From an uncultured Clostridia bacterium (GTDB lineage Bacteria; Bacillota; Clostridia; Oscillospirales; Ruminococcaceae), in assembly GCA_947625125.1 (NCBI GenBank), contig CANQNF010000007.1, forward strand, positions 14,667 through 78,666: DNA of 64,000 nt. Direction: 5' to 3'. The position numbers were made by a program, and so were the translations under genes. Positions within the stretch are counted from its first letter, which is position 1; every line of letters begins with the position of its first letter. The notes under the pieces were generated by a model. It was not told the DNA's origin. It saw nothing but the letters and a program-made list of their open reading frames with translations, and made no database searches. This document shows, in pieces, positions 1 to 9,406 of the stretch.

Positions 1-367
1 TCACGGTGACGGCGCCCGCCGGCAAAAGCTCCGAAATGTTCTCGCTCCACTCTATGGCGATGACCCGTTCGTCCGACAGATAGTCGTAAAACCCTATCGA
101 CTCAAGGTCCGCCTCTCCGCATATCCTATACATATCAAAGTGCGCAAGGCTCGGGCTTCCGGGGTATTCGTTGACGATGGCAAAAGTAGGGGAGCATACC
201 TCGTCCTTAAGTCCCATGCCGATGGCGATACCCCGGGTCATGGCGGTTTTTCCGGCTCCGAGACCTCCCCTGAACGCCAAAACGTCGCCGCCTTTAAGGA
301 CCTGCCCGATTTTTTTGCCGAGCATAAGAGTGCAGTCCGGCGAATCGGACCTGTATCTGAACGTCAT
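1..367 (-). CDS. tsaE: tRNA t6A biosynthesis ATPase TsaE (3' end runs off the window)
   Basis: My translation of the minus strand from ATG at 367 gives MTFRYRSDSPDCTLMLGKKIGQVLKGGDVLAFRGGLGAGKTAMTRGIAIGMGL..SPTFAIVNEY... It has the P-loop GxxGAGKT plus the SPTF motif typical of TsaE/YjeE. It is absent from the ORF track because there is no stop inside the window. Confidence 0.8.
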   Translation of the reverse strand, partial: MTFRYRSDSPDCTLMLGKKIGQVLKGGDVLAFRGGLGAGKTAMTRGIAIGMGLKDEVCSPTFAIVNEYPGSPSLAHFDMYRICGEADLESIGFYDYLSDERVIAIEWSENISELLPAGAVTV

Positions 368-369
368 TA

Positions 370-858
370 TCAGTAGCCCCTTGTCCCCGAGACCGATTCG
401 TCGTTCATTATCCACTCCATGACCTCGATAATTCTGTAATCGGTATCCGTGTCGCGGATGATAACGCGCTCGATGCCGCTGTTGATGATAACTCTTTTGC
501 AGAGCGAGCAGGATACGGAATTTTTGACATATTCGCCGGTCGTGACCTCTCTGCCCACGAGATAAAGCGTGCCTCCGATCATCTGGTCGCGTGAAGCGCT
601 GATGACGGCGTTCATCTCGGCATGCACCGACCGGCAGAGCTCGTATCTTTCGCCTCTCGGGATCTTGAGCTGCTCGCGCACGCATGTCCCGAGGTCGCAG
701 CAGTTCTGCCTGCCTCTTGGGGCGCCGACGTAGCCGGTGGAAACGATCTGGTCGTGGTTCACGATGACCGCTCCGTAACGCCTTCTTAAGCAGGTAGAGC
801 GTGCGGCGACGGTATCGGCGATGTCGAGATAGTAATTGATTTTGTCGCGTCTTTCCAT
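370..858 (-). CDS. comEB: dCMP deaminase (ComEB-like)
   Basis: ORF 370..912. The likely start is Met19 (MERRDKINYY). It has the HAEMNA zinc motif and a SCSLCKRVI (CxxC) motif of the CMP/dCMP deaminase fold. Confidence 0.8.
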   Translation of the reverse strand: MERRDKINYYLDIADTVAARSTCLRRRYGAVIVNHDQIVSTGYVGAPRGRQNCCDLGTCVREQLKIPRGERYELCRSVHAEMNAVISASRDQMIGGTLYLVGREVTTGEYVKNSVSCSLCKRVIINSGIERVIIRDTDTDYRIIEVMEWIMNDESVSGTRGY

Positions 859-1081
859 AGTATCAGCCTCCGAAAAAAGATTAAAAGGGACTTTTAAAAA
901 ATTATACCACAAACCTCCGAATTTTGCAATAGTATATATGCGAAGATGAAACTGGAGGAAAACAGTATTTCAATGCGGTGCATCCAAGAGGGGATAAGGT
1001 ATTCATTCCATTCATACAATTTAAGTCTATCTCCCGTCCGAGTTTGCAAAAGTCCCAGCATAGTACATCCCAAACTCCCCC

Positions 1082-1110
1082 TTGACAACTCTCTCACCCC
1101 GTGCTATAAT
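1082..1110 (+). promoter_or_regulatory. sigma-A type promoter upstream of the TetR gene
   Basis: TTGACA (1082-1087), a 17-nt spacer, then TATAAT (1105-1110). It lies about 80 nt upstream of the ATG at 1192. Confidence 0.5.
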
Positions 1111-1191
1111 AAGAAACACCAGTTGCGAAACGCACGTTGCCATACAACCCCATCCACATCCCCATCATTTCGACCCCCAAAGGAGGATCCC

Positions 1192-1764
1192 ATGCCGCCA
1201 AAATGCAAATTCACCCGCGAAGAAATCATTCATGCCGCCCTATCCATCGCCCGCACCGACGGCGCTTCTGCCGTCACCGCAAGGGCTTTGGGCGCGAAGC
1301 TCGGCTCGTCTTCCAAGCCGATTTTCAGCGTGTTCGAGAACATGGAAGAAGTCCGGTCGGAGGTGCTCAAAGCCGCAAAAGCCCTCTATGCCGGCTACAT
1401 TCACATTGGCTTACAGCAGGACCCCGCGTTCAAGGGCGTGGGCACGCAGTACGTCCTGTTCGCGATTCGCGAGCCGAAGTTGTTTCAGCTGCTCTTTATG
1501 TCGGAGCAGCCGCAAAAGCCGCCCGTTTCCGGAATTCTCCCTATCATCGACGAAAGTTATGACAAAATCCTGCAATCGGTGCGGGACGGATACGGGCTTT
1601 GCGAGGCTGACGCCGAAAACCTCTACCGCCATCTGTGGATATATTCCCACGGCATTGCGGTGCTCTGTGCGACGAATATGTGCTCATTCACTGCCGAGGA
1701 GATCGGCGGCATGATGACCGAGGTTTGCAGGAGCCTGCTGAAAGAAATCAAAAGCCGCAAATAA
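1192..1764 (+). CDS. TetR/AcrR family transcriptional regulator
   Basis: This is the inner start of ORF 946..1764 (Met83, preceded by AGGAGG at 1181-1186). The N-terminal HTH reads FTREEIIHAALSIARTDGASAVTARALGAKLGSSSKPIFSVF. Confidence 0.8.
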   Translation: MPPKCKFTREEIIHAALSIARTDGASAVTARALGAKLGSSSKPIFSVFENMEEVRSEVLKAAKALYAGYIHIGLQQDPAFKGVGTQYVLFAIREPKLFQLLFMSEQPQKPPVSGILPIIDESYDKILQSVRDGYGLCEADAENLYRHLWIYSHGIAVLCATNMCSFTAEEIGGMMTEVCRSLLKEIKSRK

Positions 1765-1779
1765 TTTTTCAAAAAGGTC

Positions 1780-1810
1780 TTGCTCGTTACGCGGCGTAAT
1801 GATTTATAAT
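1780..1810 (+). promoter_or_regulatory. MerR-type promoter with a 19-bp spacer and an operator palindrome
   Basis: TTGCTC (1780-1785), a 19-nt spacer, then TATAAT (1805-1810). The perfect inverted repeat TTACGC-G-GCGTAA (1787-1799) lies inside the spacer. Confidence 0.55.
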
Positions 1811-1828
1811 GTTGTCGGAGGTGATTTC

Positions 1829-2662
1829 ATGGAAAAGTACCGGGCAATCCCGGCGGGGTACATGACGGTCGGCGAGCTTGCGAAAAAAATGGGGACAACC
1901 GTCCGCGCGCTTCAGTATTACGACCGGGAAAACCTGCTGAAACCGTCCGCATTGAGCGAGGGCGGCCGCAGGCTTTATACGGACAAGGATATGATAAATC
2001 TGCATCAAATCCTGTCCCTAAAGTCCTTGGGGTTTTCTTTGGAGGATATAAGAGGGCGCCTGATTTCTCTTGATACTCCCGAGGATGTGGCAAATGCTCT
2101 TACAGGTCAGGCGGCAGATATTGAAAAGCAGATTCGGGTCCTTTCCGAGACTTTAGAGGACATCGGGGCGCTTCGGCAAGAGGTTTTGCAGATGCAGACG
2201 GTCGATTTCAAGAGATATGCCGCCATCATCACAAATCTTCGGATGAAAAACGAGCAGTATCATTTGATAAAGTATCTTGACGATAAAATGCTGGAGCATT
2301 GCAGCTCTGCCATCGGCCGGGAGAGCGCCGCCGAAATTATTGAAGCATACAAGCGTTTAAGCCGTCAGGCCGCTGAATACCGGGCTTCGGGCGTTAGGCC
2401 TGACAGTGAAAAAGGCATAAAGTTTGCCGAGGAATTTTGGAGCATGATAGAAAAATTCACCGGCGGGGACGAGTCTTTGCTGCCAAATCTTATAGAGGTC
2501 GAATCGCTTGCCGAGGCCAAACAGGCTAAAGGCGGAGGCGATTCTGACAGTCAAAACCGGGCGGCCGCAAACCTGTTTATAGGCTCGTCGTTGGACGCAT
2601 ATTTTAAAATGCGGGGTATCGACCCTTTCGGCATAAATTCGGAGAAAGGAGAGAAAAAATGA
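1829..2662 (+). CDS. MerR family transcriptional regulator
   Basis: This is Met11 of ORF 1799..2662. The N-terminus YMTVGELAKKMGTTVRALQYYDRENLLKPS...GGRRLYT is a MerR HTH signature. Confidence 0.85.
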   Translation: MEKYRAIPAGYMTVGELAKKMGTTVRALQYYDRENLLKPSALSEGGRRLYTDKDMINLHQILSLKSLGFSLEDIRGRLISLDTPEDVANALTGQAADIEKQIRVLSETLEDIGALRQEVLQMQTVDFKRYAAIITNLRMKNEQYHLIKYLDDKMLEHCSSAIGRESAAEIIEAYKRLSRQAAEYRASGVRPDSEKGIKFAEEFWSMIEKFTGGDESLLPNLIEVESLAEAKQAKGGGDSDSQNRAAANLFIGSSLDAYFKMRGIDPFGINSEKGEKK

Positions 2663-3573
2663 ACAAAATCATTCAAATCGACCGCCTGAACAAAAGCTTC
2701 GGCGATGTAAAAGCGGTGCAGGACTTAAGCTTTGGCGTTCGCGAGGGCGAGCTTTTCGCGTTCTTGGGCGTCAACGGCGCGGGCAAATCCACGACCATCA
2801 ACATCATGTGCGGTCAGCTTTCAAAGGACAGCGGCGGCGTTATAATCGACGGCCACGACCTCGACAAAGATTTGGACTCCATCAAGCGCAAGCTCGGAGT
2901 CGTCTTTCAGAATTCCGTCCTCGATTCGGCGCTTTCGGTCTATGACAACTTGGAGAGTAGGGCCGCGCTGTACGGCATTGTGGGAAAAGCATTTAGGGAC
3001 AGGCTTTCGGTGCTCTCGGAAATGCTTGATTTCGGGGATATTTTAAAGCGGACCGTGGGAAAGCTCTCGGGAGGTCAGCGAAGAAGAATAGACATCGCCC
3101 GCGCGCTGTTTCATGACCCCAAAATTCTTATCTTGGACGAACCCACCACGGGACTTGACCCGCAGACCCGTAAAACGCTCTGGAACGTCATCTCGGACCT
3201 GCGCAAAAACGAGAACATGACGGTATTTCTGACAACGCACTACATGGAAGAAGCCTCCGAGGCCGATTACGTCGTCATTTTGGACAGCGGGAAAATCGCC
3301 GCCGAGGGAACGCCCAATGAACTGAAAAACGCCTATACCGGGGACTATATCACGCTTTACGGCGCAGCCGAATCCGATGTCAGAAGCCTCGGGACGGAAT
3401 ATGAACAAATAAAAGACGCCTACCGCCTGTTTGTGCCGAACACAAGGGCGGCGACAGCGCTTATCATGAATAATCCCGGTGTTTTTGACGATTACGAGAT
3501 AACAAAGGGCAAAATGGACGACGTTTTTCTTGCGGTCACGGGAAAGAAGCTTACGGGAGGCGCTGAAAAATGA
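2659..3573 (+). CDS. ABC transporter ATP-binding protein (ABC-2/DrrA-like)
   Basis: It has Walker A GVNGAGKST, the signature LSGGQRRR and Walker B ILILDEP. Its start overlaps the MerR stop by 4 bp. Confidence 0.9.
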   Translation: MNKIIQIDRLNKSFGDVKAVQDLSFGVREGELFAFLGVNGAGKSTTINIMCGQLSKDSGGVIIDGHDLDKDLDSIKRKLGVVFQNSVLDSALSVYDNLESRAALYGIVGKAFRDRLSVLSEMLDFGDILKRTVGKLSGGQRRRIDIARALFHDPKILILDEPTTGLDPQTRKTLWNVISDLRKNENMTVFLTTHYMEEASEADYVVILDSGKIAAEGTPNELKNAYTGDYITLYGAAESDVRSLGTEYEQIKDAYRLFVPNTRAATALIMNNPGVFDDYEITKGKMDDVFLAVTGKKLTGGAEK

Positions 3574-4469
3574 GCACGGCAATGCTTATAAAAAGAAATA
3601 TAAAACTGTTTTTCAAGGACAAGGGCATGTTCTTAACCTCGTTAATTACTCCGGCTATCCTGCTTGTTCTTTATGTGACATTTTTAGGCAAAGTCTACCG
3701 CGACAGCTTCACCTCTAACCTGCCGGAATTCATCCACCTCTCCGAAAGCCTTATCGACGGGCTTGTCGGCGGGCAGCTGATTTCATCGATTCTTGCGGTG
3801 TCCTGTGTGACTGTCGCATTCTGCTCCAACTTTCTGACGGTTCAGGACAAGGCGAACGGCACGGTAAAAGACCTGAAAATTTCCCCCGTCAGCTCCTCCG
3901 CGCTTTCGATGAGCTACTATATCGCCTCTTTGGCCTCGACCCTCATTATCTGCTTTGCGGCGACGGGTATATGCCTTGCGTATGCGGCATTTGTGGGATG
4001 GTACATGTCCGCGGCCGACGTTATGCTGCTCATTTTGGACGTCATACTTCTCGCCCTGTTCGGGACTGCGCTGTCATCAATAATCAACCTGTTTTTATCG
4101 ACACAGGGCCAAATCTCCGCCGTCGGCACCATCATCAGCGCGGGCTACGGATTTATCTGCGGGGCATATATGCCGATTTCATCTTTCGGCTCGGGACTGC
4201 AAAAAGTCCTTTCATTTCTCCCCGGGACATACGGCACGGCGCTTGTCAGAAATCACGCGATGAGGGGCGCTCTTTCCGAGATGAATAAGCAGGGCGTTCC
4301 GCCGGAAGTGATAAATGGGATTAAGGATTCCATGGACTGCAACCTGTACTTTTTCGGCAATCGGGTCGAGATCCCGAAAATGTATCTGATTTTAGGCATA
4401 TCCGTCGCCGTACTGATAGGCGTTTATATACTGCTTAATATGTTTATGAACAGGAGAAAATCGGCATGA
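3570..4469 (+). CDS. ABC-2 type transporter permease
   Basis: A 299-aa polytopic hydrophobic protein, translationally coupled to the upstream ATPase. Confidence 0.75.
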   Translation: MSTAMLIKRNIKLFFKDKGMFLTSLITPAILLVLYVTFLGKVYRDSFTSNLPEFIHLSESLIDGLVGGQLISSILAVSCVTVAFCSNFLTVQDKANGTVKDLKISPVSSSALSMSYYIASLASTLIICFAATGICLAYAAFVGWYMSAADVMLLILDVILLALFGTALSSIINLFLSTQGQISAVGTIISAGYGFICGAYMPISSFGSGLQKVLSFLPGTYGTALVRNHAMRGALSEMNKQGVPPEVINGIKDSMDCNLYFFGNRVEIPKMYLILGISVAVLIGVYILLNMFMNRRKSA

Positions 4470-5158
4470 TTAAAGTATCGAACATCACAAAATCCTACGG
4501 CACCGGCGGGAGCAAAAATCAGGTGTTAAAAGGCATAAGCATGCAAATCAGCGACGGCGATTTTACCGTGATTTTGGGCGCCTCGGGCTCGGGAAAATCG
4601 ACATTATTAAACGTCGTTTCGGGTCTTGAGCGCCCCGACGGCGGGAGCGTTGTTTATGATGAATGCGACATCACAAAGCTTTCCGACAGCGAACTGACTA
4701 AGTTTCGCAAGGACAACATCGGATTTATTTTCCAGCAGTATTATCTTCTGCCGAACATGACCGTTGAAAAGAACGTGCGGATGGGCGCAGATTTGGCGGA
4801 AAATCGGGAGTATAGGGAAACCGTTGCCGCCGTCGGGCTTAGGGATAAATCAAAAAAATTCCCGGGCGAGCTTTCGGGCGGGGAACAGCAGAGGGTCGCG
4901 GTCGCGCGCGCACTTGCCAAAAAGCCGAAAGTTCTGTTTTTGGACGAGCCGACGGGCGCACTCGATGAGCAGACTGGACGGCAGGTTCTCGACTATATAA
5001 ATAAACTGCATAACGAATTCGGCTTCACCGTCGTGATGGTCACGCACAACCAAAACATCGCGGAAATGGCAAGCACGGTCGTGAAGATGAACAGCGGGAA
5101 AATCTCCGAAATTTACGCCAACGACAGGCAAAAAACCGCGTATGAGATCGGGTGGTGA
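4466..5158 (+). CDS. ABC transporter ATP-binding protein (MacB/FtsE-like)
   Basis: It has Walker [10 protein letters not shown], the signature [15 protein letters not shown] and Walker [13 protein letters not shown]. Confidence 0.9.
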   Translation: MIKVSNITKSYGTGGSKNQVLKGISMQISDGDFTVILGASGSGKSTLLNVVSGLERPDGGSVVYDECDITKLSDSELTKFRKDNIGFIFQQYYLLPNMTVEKNVRMGADLAENREYRETVAAVGLRDKSKKFPGELSGGEQQRVAVARALAKKPKVLFLDEPTGALDEQTGRQVLDYINKLHNEFGFTVVMVTHNQNIAEMASTVVKMNSGKISEIYANDRQKTAYEIGW

Positions 5159-6306
5159 CTATGATTATCGGTATAAAAGACGCGCTGAAACTCGCCGGAA
5201 TTTCGGTCATCGCCTGCTGTGCGGTTTTCGTCTGCACGATTTTTTTGAATTATAATATCGACATCGCGGCGATGAAAAATGAGATAACAACGGCAGGCGG
5301 CATGGCGATGTATAACGCCATCGTCTCGACGGGAAAGGTCACTGCGGCCGTTTCGGGCGGATGCTTAGCGATGACTTCCGCCGTCATGCTCCTATTTTAT
5401 GTCAAAAATTATATAGATACCCACGGCAAAGAGCTCGGAATTCTTAAAGCCCTCGGGTATTCAAATATTAACATAGCTAAACATTTTTGGGCATTCGGCA
5501 TGAGCGTTTTCGCAGGCTGTTTTTTGGGATATGTTCTTGCAACTCTCTATCTCCCGACTTTTTATGAACTGCAAAATGCCGACCGACTTTTCCCCGAAAT
5601 CAGGCCGCATTTTCACCCGATTTTGGCGTTTCTTTTGGTATGCCTGCCCGCGATAATTTTCGCGATTTTGGCGGTCATTTATGCATGTTTACGGCTGAAA
5701 AGCCCGGTGCTCGACCTGCTGAAAGAGCGGCGCGAGTATAAACAAAAAACCGCCAAACGGGAGCGGGAAAGCCCGGACTTGCCGTTTATAAAAGATTTAA
5801 AGAGAAGCACGGTCCGCGGCCGAAAATCGCTTGTTTTCTTCATCGCGTTTTCTGCGTTTTGCTTCTCGGCGATGCTCCAAATGTCGGTATCGATGATTGA
5901 CCTTTCGAGCAAAGAAATGGCAGTGATGGTGCTGGCAATCGGCCTGATCCTCGCATTTGTGACGCTGATTCTGTCGCTCTCAAGCGTGGTGAAAGGAAAC
6001 GCCAAAACCATCGCGATGATGCAGGTTTTCGGCTACAAGCACAGCGACTGCGCCAAGGCGACCTTAGGCGGCTACAGGCCGTTTGCGTATCTCGGCTTCG
6101 CGCTCGGCACGGTGTATCAGTACGCGCTGTTAAAAATTATGGTGTCGGCGGTGTTTGCGGATGTGGAGAACATGCCGGAATACGGATTCGATTTTTGGGC
6201 GTGCGTGGTCGCGCTGATTCTGTTTGAGCTCGCATATGAGGCGGCAATGTGCGGCTACTCGCTGAGGATAAAGAAACTGCCGGTTAAGGGGGTTATGATG
6301 GAATGA
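5152..6306 (+). CDS. FtsX-like ABC transporter permease
   Basis: A 384-aa membrane protein with two FtsX-like segments (GILKALGYSN...; IAMMQVFGYKH...). It overlaps the upstream ATPase gene. Confidence 0.75.
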   Translation: MVTMIIGIKDALKLAGISVIACCAVFVCTIFLNYNIDIAAMKNEITTAGGMAMYNAIVSTGKVTAAVSGGCLAMTSAVMLLFYVKNYIDTHGKELGILKALGYSNINIAKHFWAFGMSVFAGCFLGYVLATLYLPTFYELQNADRLFPEIRPHFHPILAFLLVCLPAIIFAILAVIYACLRLKSPVLDLLKERREYKQKTAKRERESPDLPFIKDLKRSTVRGRKSLVFFIAFSAFCFSAMLQMSVSMIDLSSKEMAVMVLAIGLILAFVTLILSLSSVVKGNAKTIAMMQVFGYKHSDCAKATLGGYRPFAYLGFALGTVYQYALLKIMVSAVFADVENMPEYGFDFWACVVALILFELAYEAAMCGYSLRIKKLPVKGVMME

Positions 6307-6357
6307 GGGGAATAGGGAAAAGGAAAGGTTAGATATTTAAATAAATTGGGAGAGGAA

Positions 6358-6389
6358 GATTCTACCGCGGGAGCAAATTTTGCGTATGC
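6358..6389. repeat. 32-nt direct repeat, copy 1 (the partner is at 10623-10654)
   Basis: GATTCTACCGCGGGAGCAAATTTTGCGTATGC matches copy 2 at 31/32 positions. Both copies are preceded by a similar TGGG-GAG-AAG purine-rich run. Confidence 0.8.
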
Positions 6390-6399
6390 ACGCGGGATT

Positions 6400-6960
6400 T
6401 TGTCTGCGAGCACGAGCGGTCGGTCGTTTATGACCACGAAGTGCGCGCAGCAACAAAACCAGCTTGCATTATGCTCATTTTGTCTTGTGCGAAATCTTGT
6501 TGGGGAGTAGCCTTCCCCAAACCCTGCACGTCGTCGCAAGCTTCATATCCCTCGCCCTGCCGAAATCGGCAGGGATCGCTCATTTTGCGCAAAGATGCGA
6601 TTACTTCTCCGCGAGACGACCGAGGCAATCGTTGCCGCCGAGGAAAGGCGAAAAGGAAGTTTTAACGCTTTGTTTGCCGAGGAAAGTCGAGCGGCAAGAA
6701 GTAACGATTCGTTTGCATCCTTTTCCCCAAAAAAGCGCACATTTTTGGAAAACCCTTCGCGGTGAATTACGTCCTGCCGGAAGCTCCTTGCAGGAAGCCG
6801 ACGATTTCCACAAAAGGGTTTGCTACAATCATCCAAGGGAATGGTCTCGCCTGTCGGCTCGGTCGGCGCTTCTGCCTACGGCAGAGGTGTCCACCGGACA
6901 CCCGCGCCCCTTGCGTTGACGTTCGTCAACTATCCCTTTTTAAAATAAATCCATATTTGC
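6400..6960. repeat. ORF-poor, hairpin-rich GC-rich intergenic block
   Basis: It holds many short perfect hairpins, for example CCCTGCC-gaaatc-GGCAGGG, TCTGCC-tac-GGCAGA (6871-6885), GTGTCC-acc-GGACAC (6887-6901) and GTTGAC-gttc-GTCAAC (6915-6930). The overlapping ORFs in several frames have no protein-like features. Confidence 0.6.
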
Positions 6961-7028
6961 AGTAGAGCAGATAGTCACCAGATTATTTGCTCTTTATTTT
7001 TACTCAGCACAGAAAGGAAGCTTGAAAA

Positions 7029-7190
7029 ATGCCGAATCCTCACTTTAATATTTCAATAACTCAGCGCAACCGCGGACAGTCTGCTGTTGCAGGTGCTGCT
7101 TACCAAAGCGGCGACAGACTGTTTTCAGAGCACGACCAGAAGTACAAAGACTACTCGCGAAAACAGAGCATAGTCTACACGGAAATAATG
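7029..7190 (+). pseudogene. MobA/MobL-type relaxase, N-terminal ~54-aa stub
   Basis: MPNPHFNISITQRNRGQSAVAGAAYQSGDRLFSEHDQKYKDYSRKQSIVYTEIM matches the conserved relaxase N-terminus (HFSxxxxxRxxGxSAVAxAAYRSGxxL...Y). The rest of ORF 7029..7490 is unrelated sequence. Confidence 0.65.
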
Positions 7191-7513
7191 ATGATGTTTA
7201 TTTCAGTTAAGGATATAACACAGGCAACTCACGCTTACAGACAATATTTAGAAGCCTCAGTCAATCCAGGTGCAGGACTGACCGAGGCTTTCTCTGATCA
7301 TATTACAACATTCACAATCATCCACGCCACCAGAGAAACCGCCATGACAAAGGCAAGATACAGCAAAAGCCGCTCATGCCCAACACGATTTTCAGCAAAT
7401 TCTTTCGCCCCCAACGCCGCTTTTTGTACCATTTTCCACTGTCAGAAACAACCGCGCGGTTATTGCGGCGATGCCCGTTTCGTGGTATAATGTTCGCGAA
7501 AGGAGGGCTCGGA

Positions 7514-8188
7514 ATGACCAATTTACAGGATTTTTGCAACATTATTTCGCGACTTTGACGTGAAAAAGGCTGGTCGCAGACGGCGCTCGCGGAAAAGCTG
7601 TGCATTTCTCCGCAGGCGATCTCAAAGTGGGAATGCGGCGTCGGGCTGCCCGATGTCACCTTGTTTCCTACGATTGCGAAAACGCTGTGTGTACCGGTTG
7701 GCGTTTTGTTCGGAGAAAAAATCGAGGAAAAGATGCAGATGTCTAAAATAACAAAAACAGAGCGAACAACTGAAAACGGGTCTGCGGGCAGTTGCGCGGC
7801 GACGGTGTTTCAACAGGAATGGGAGCCGTGCCGGCATATCGACGTTGCGGTAGGCAGCGAGTGCAGGCTTTTGTTTTATGACGGAGCGCGGGACAGGGCG
7901 CTGCTCCAAGCTGTGGGGGACCCCACATTTATCAGGTATTTTTCGGCAGAAAAAGAGGACGGCAGACTGCTCATCGAAGTAAAAAATCCGTCAGGTTCGG
8001 CGGAAAAATGGATCCCTTACGACCGCGACGGCATAAACTGTGAGAATCTCGTGCGGGTTTTCACGGGCATGGCGGAGACGGATATTTGCGTGACAAATTA
8101 TCTCGACCTTTGCTGCCGGTCCTCGACTGCGGACGGTCAAAATGTGTATGAAGTAAACGTCACGCCGCCGAAGACCGCCATCGCATGA
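7514..8188 (+). pseudogene. XRE-family HTH protein interrupted by an in-frame TGA at codon 15
   Basis: The reading frame gives MTNLQDFCNIISRL-TGA(7556-7558)-REKGWSQTALAEKLCISPQAISKWECGVGLPDV.... This continues in the same frame into ORF 7661..8188. An extended -10 (TGgTATAAT) lies at 7483-7491. Confidence 0.7.
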
Positions 8189-8234
8189 CCCTTGAAGTGC
8201 GAGAGGACGCCATTTGCGGATATTTGTAACCATC

Positions 8235-8794
8235 TCACCAACTTTTTCCATCAAAACAAAGCTCACATCTTTGCGCGATTTGAAACGCTTGAAAATACCG
8301 CTCCTCCAGCGGGATCCATTTCTGCCGAAAAACCTCCGCTTGCTCCGGCCCGTTTCGTGCCCGAATCCGGCGCATTTGCTCGTCCGGCGAAACGGATAGG
8401 AAGATATGCAGGTCGTAATCGCCCCATAATTTCGGGTGACAGCTGTAAGAACCCTCCACCACGGTGAGCCTATTTGGTATAATCGAAATCGGCTCGCGAA
8501 AGTTTTGCATATGGCAGTCGTAGGGGCGGTAGGAAAAGGAAACGCCATGTCTGAAAGGTGTCAGCACCTCTTCCCGAAAACGCTCCCAATCAATATTGCC
8601 GCCGGGCTGCCGTAACCTTACCTCGGTTCGCTGCTCCGGACGGAGGAAAAAGTCATAACATTACAACCAAAAACCTTTTGCATTTGCGCCGCAAGAGTGG
8701 TTTTTCCGGCAGCGCAGCGCCCGTCCACGGCAATCAGTAGAGCGGGATTTGTTTGTAAAATTCTCTGAATTTCTTTCAGAATGATGTCTCTCAT
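8235..8794 (-). pseudogene. Uridine-kinase-like P-loop NTPase, frameshifted
   Basis: The N-terminal frame from ATG 8794 reads MRDIILKEIQRILQTNPALLIAVDGRCAAGKTTLAAQM..CNVM. The C-terminal frame reads DFFLRPEQRTEVRLRQPGGNIDWERFREEVLTPFRHG... (ORF 8235..8567). The frames switch near 8650-8662. Confidence 0.65.
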
Positions 8795-9363
8795 CTTAAA
8801 TTCTCCGCAGCATCGGGCGGTTGCTGTGCGCGGTGAAAACGGACAAGCCCGGTGCGGTTCAGCGCGACCATAATTGCGGGAATGAGTATGAGCTGGATAA
8901 TTATTCCGGGTATCGCATTGAGGAACGCGCCCGCCATGAATGCTTCCCAGGTGAACGCCTCGCCGCCGATTCCGAGAATGATAATTTCGGTTATTCCCTA
9001 GACCGCGCGCCCCGCTATCATCGCGACTAAAAGCGATCTATAGAGCGATATAACGCACTGCCAGCGGGATTTTGAATACATTAGTCCGACGACGAGACCG
9101 TATGTCAGAAGCTCCGCAGCCATCGCGACCGCAGTTGGGTAGAGCGGGGGCATGCCGAATAAAAATGAGCGCAAAATAGGCGTTATAAGCCCGACCGCGG
9201 CGCCGTACTGCCAGCCGCAGATAAGCCCGCATAAGAACACGGGAATGTGCATCGGCAGGAGCATACTGCCTATTTGCGGGATTTGCCCGGTCAGGAACGG
9301 CAGCACCAGCCCGAGCGCTAAAAACATCGCCGCCAAAACCGTATTTTTGATATTTTGTTTCAT
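8791..9363 (-). pseudogene. ECF transporter S component with an in-frame TAG
   Basis: ORF 8998..9372 (MKQNIKNTVLAAMFLALGLVLPFLTG...) ends at TAG 8998-9000. The same frame continues as GITEIIILGIGGEAFTWEAFMAGAFLNAIPGIIIQLILIPAIMVAL.. to TGA 8791-8793. The stop falls where homologs usually have Trp (GRxxWG). Confidence 0.65.
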
Positions 9364-9406
9364 CGTGATCACCCCTATATGTAAATTTTTCCTTTGCCGA
9401 ATCGTT

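Noticed and set aside
7556-9000. Stop-codon reassignment or selenocysteine/pyrrolysine recoding as an explanation for the in-frame TGA (7556) and TAG (8998).
   Set aside because: All other long genes in the window terminate normally at TGA, TAG or TAA and have no internal stops. The TGA replaces an expected Arg/Lys and the TAG an expected Trp. I saw no SECIS- or PYLIS-like hairpin. The neighbouring genes carry frameshifts and deletions, so decay is the simpler explanation.
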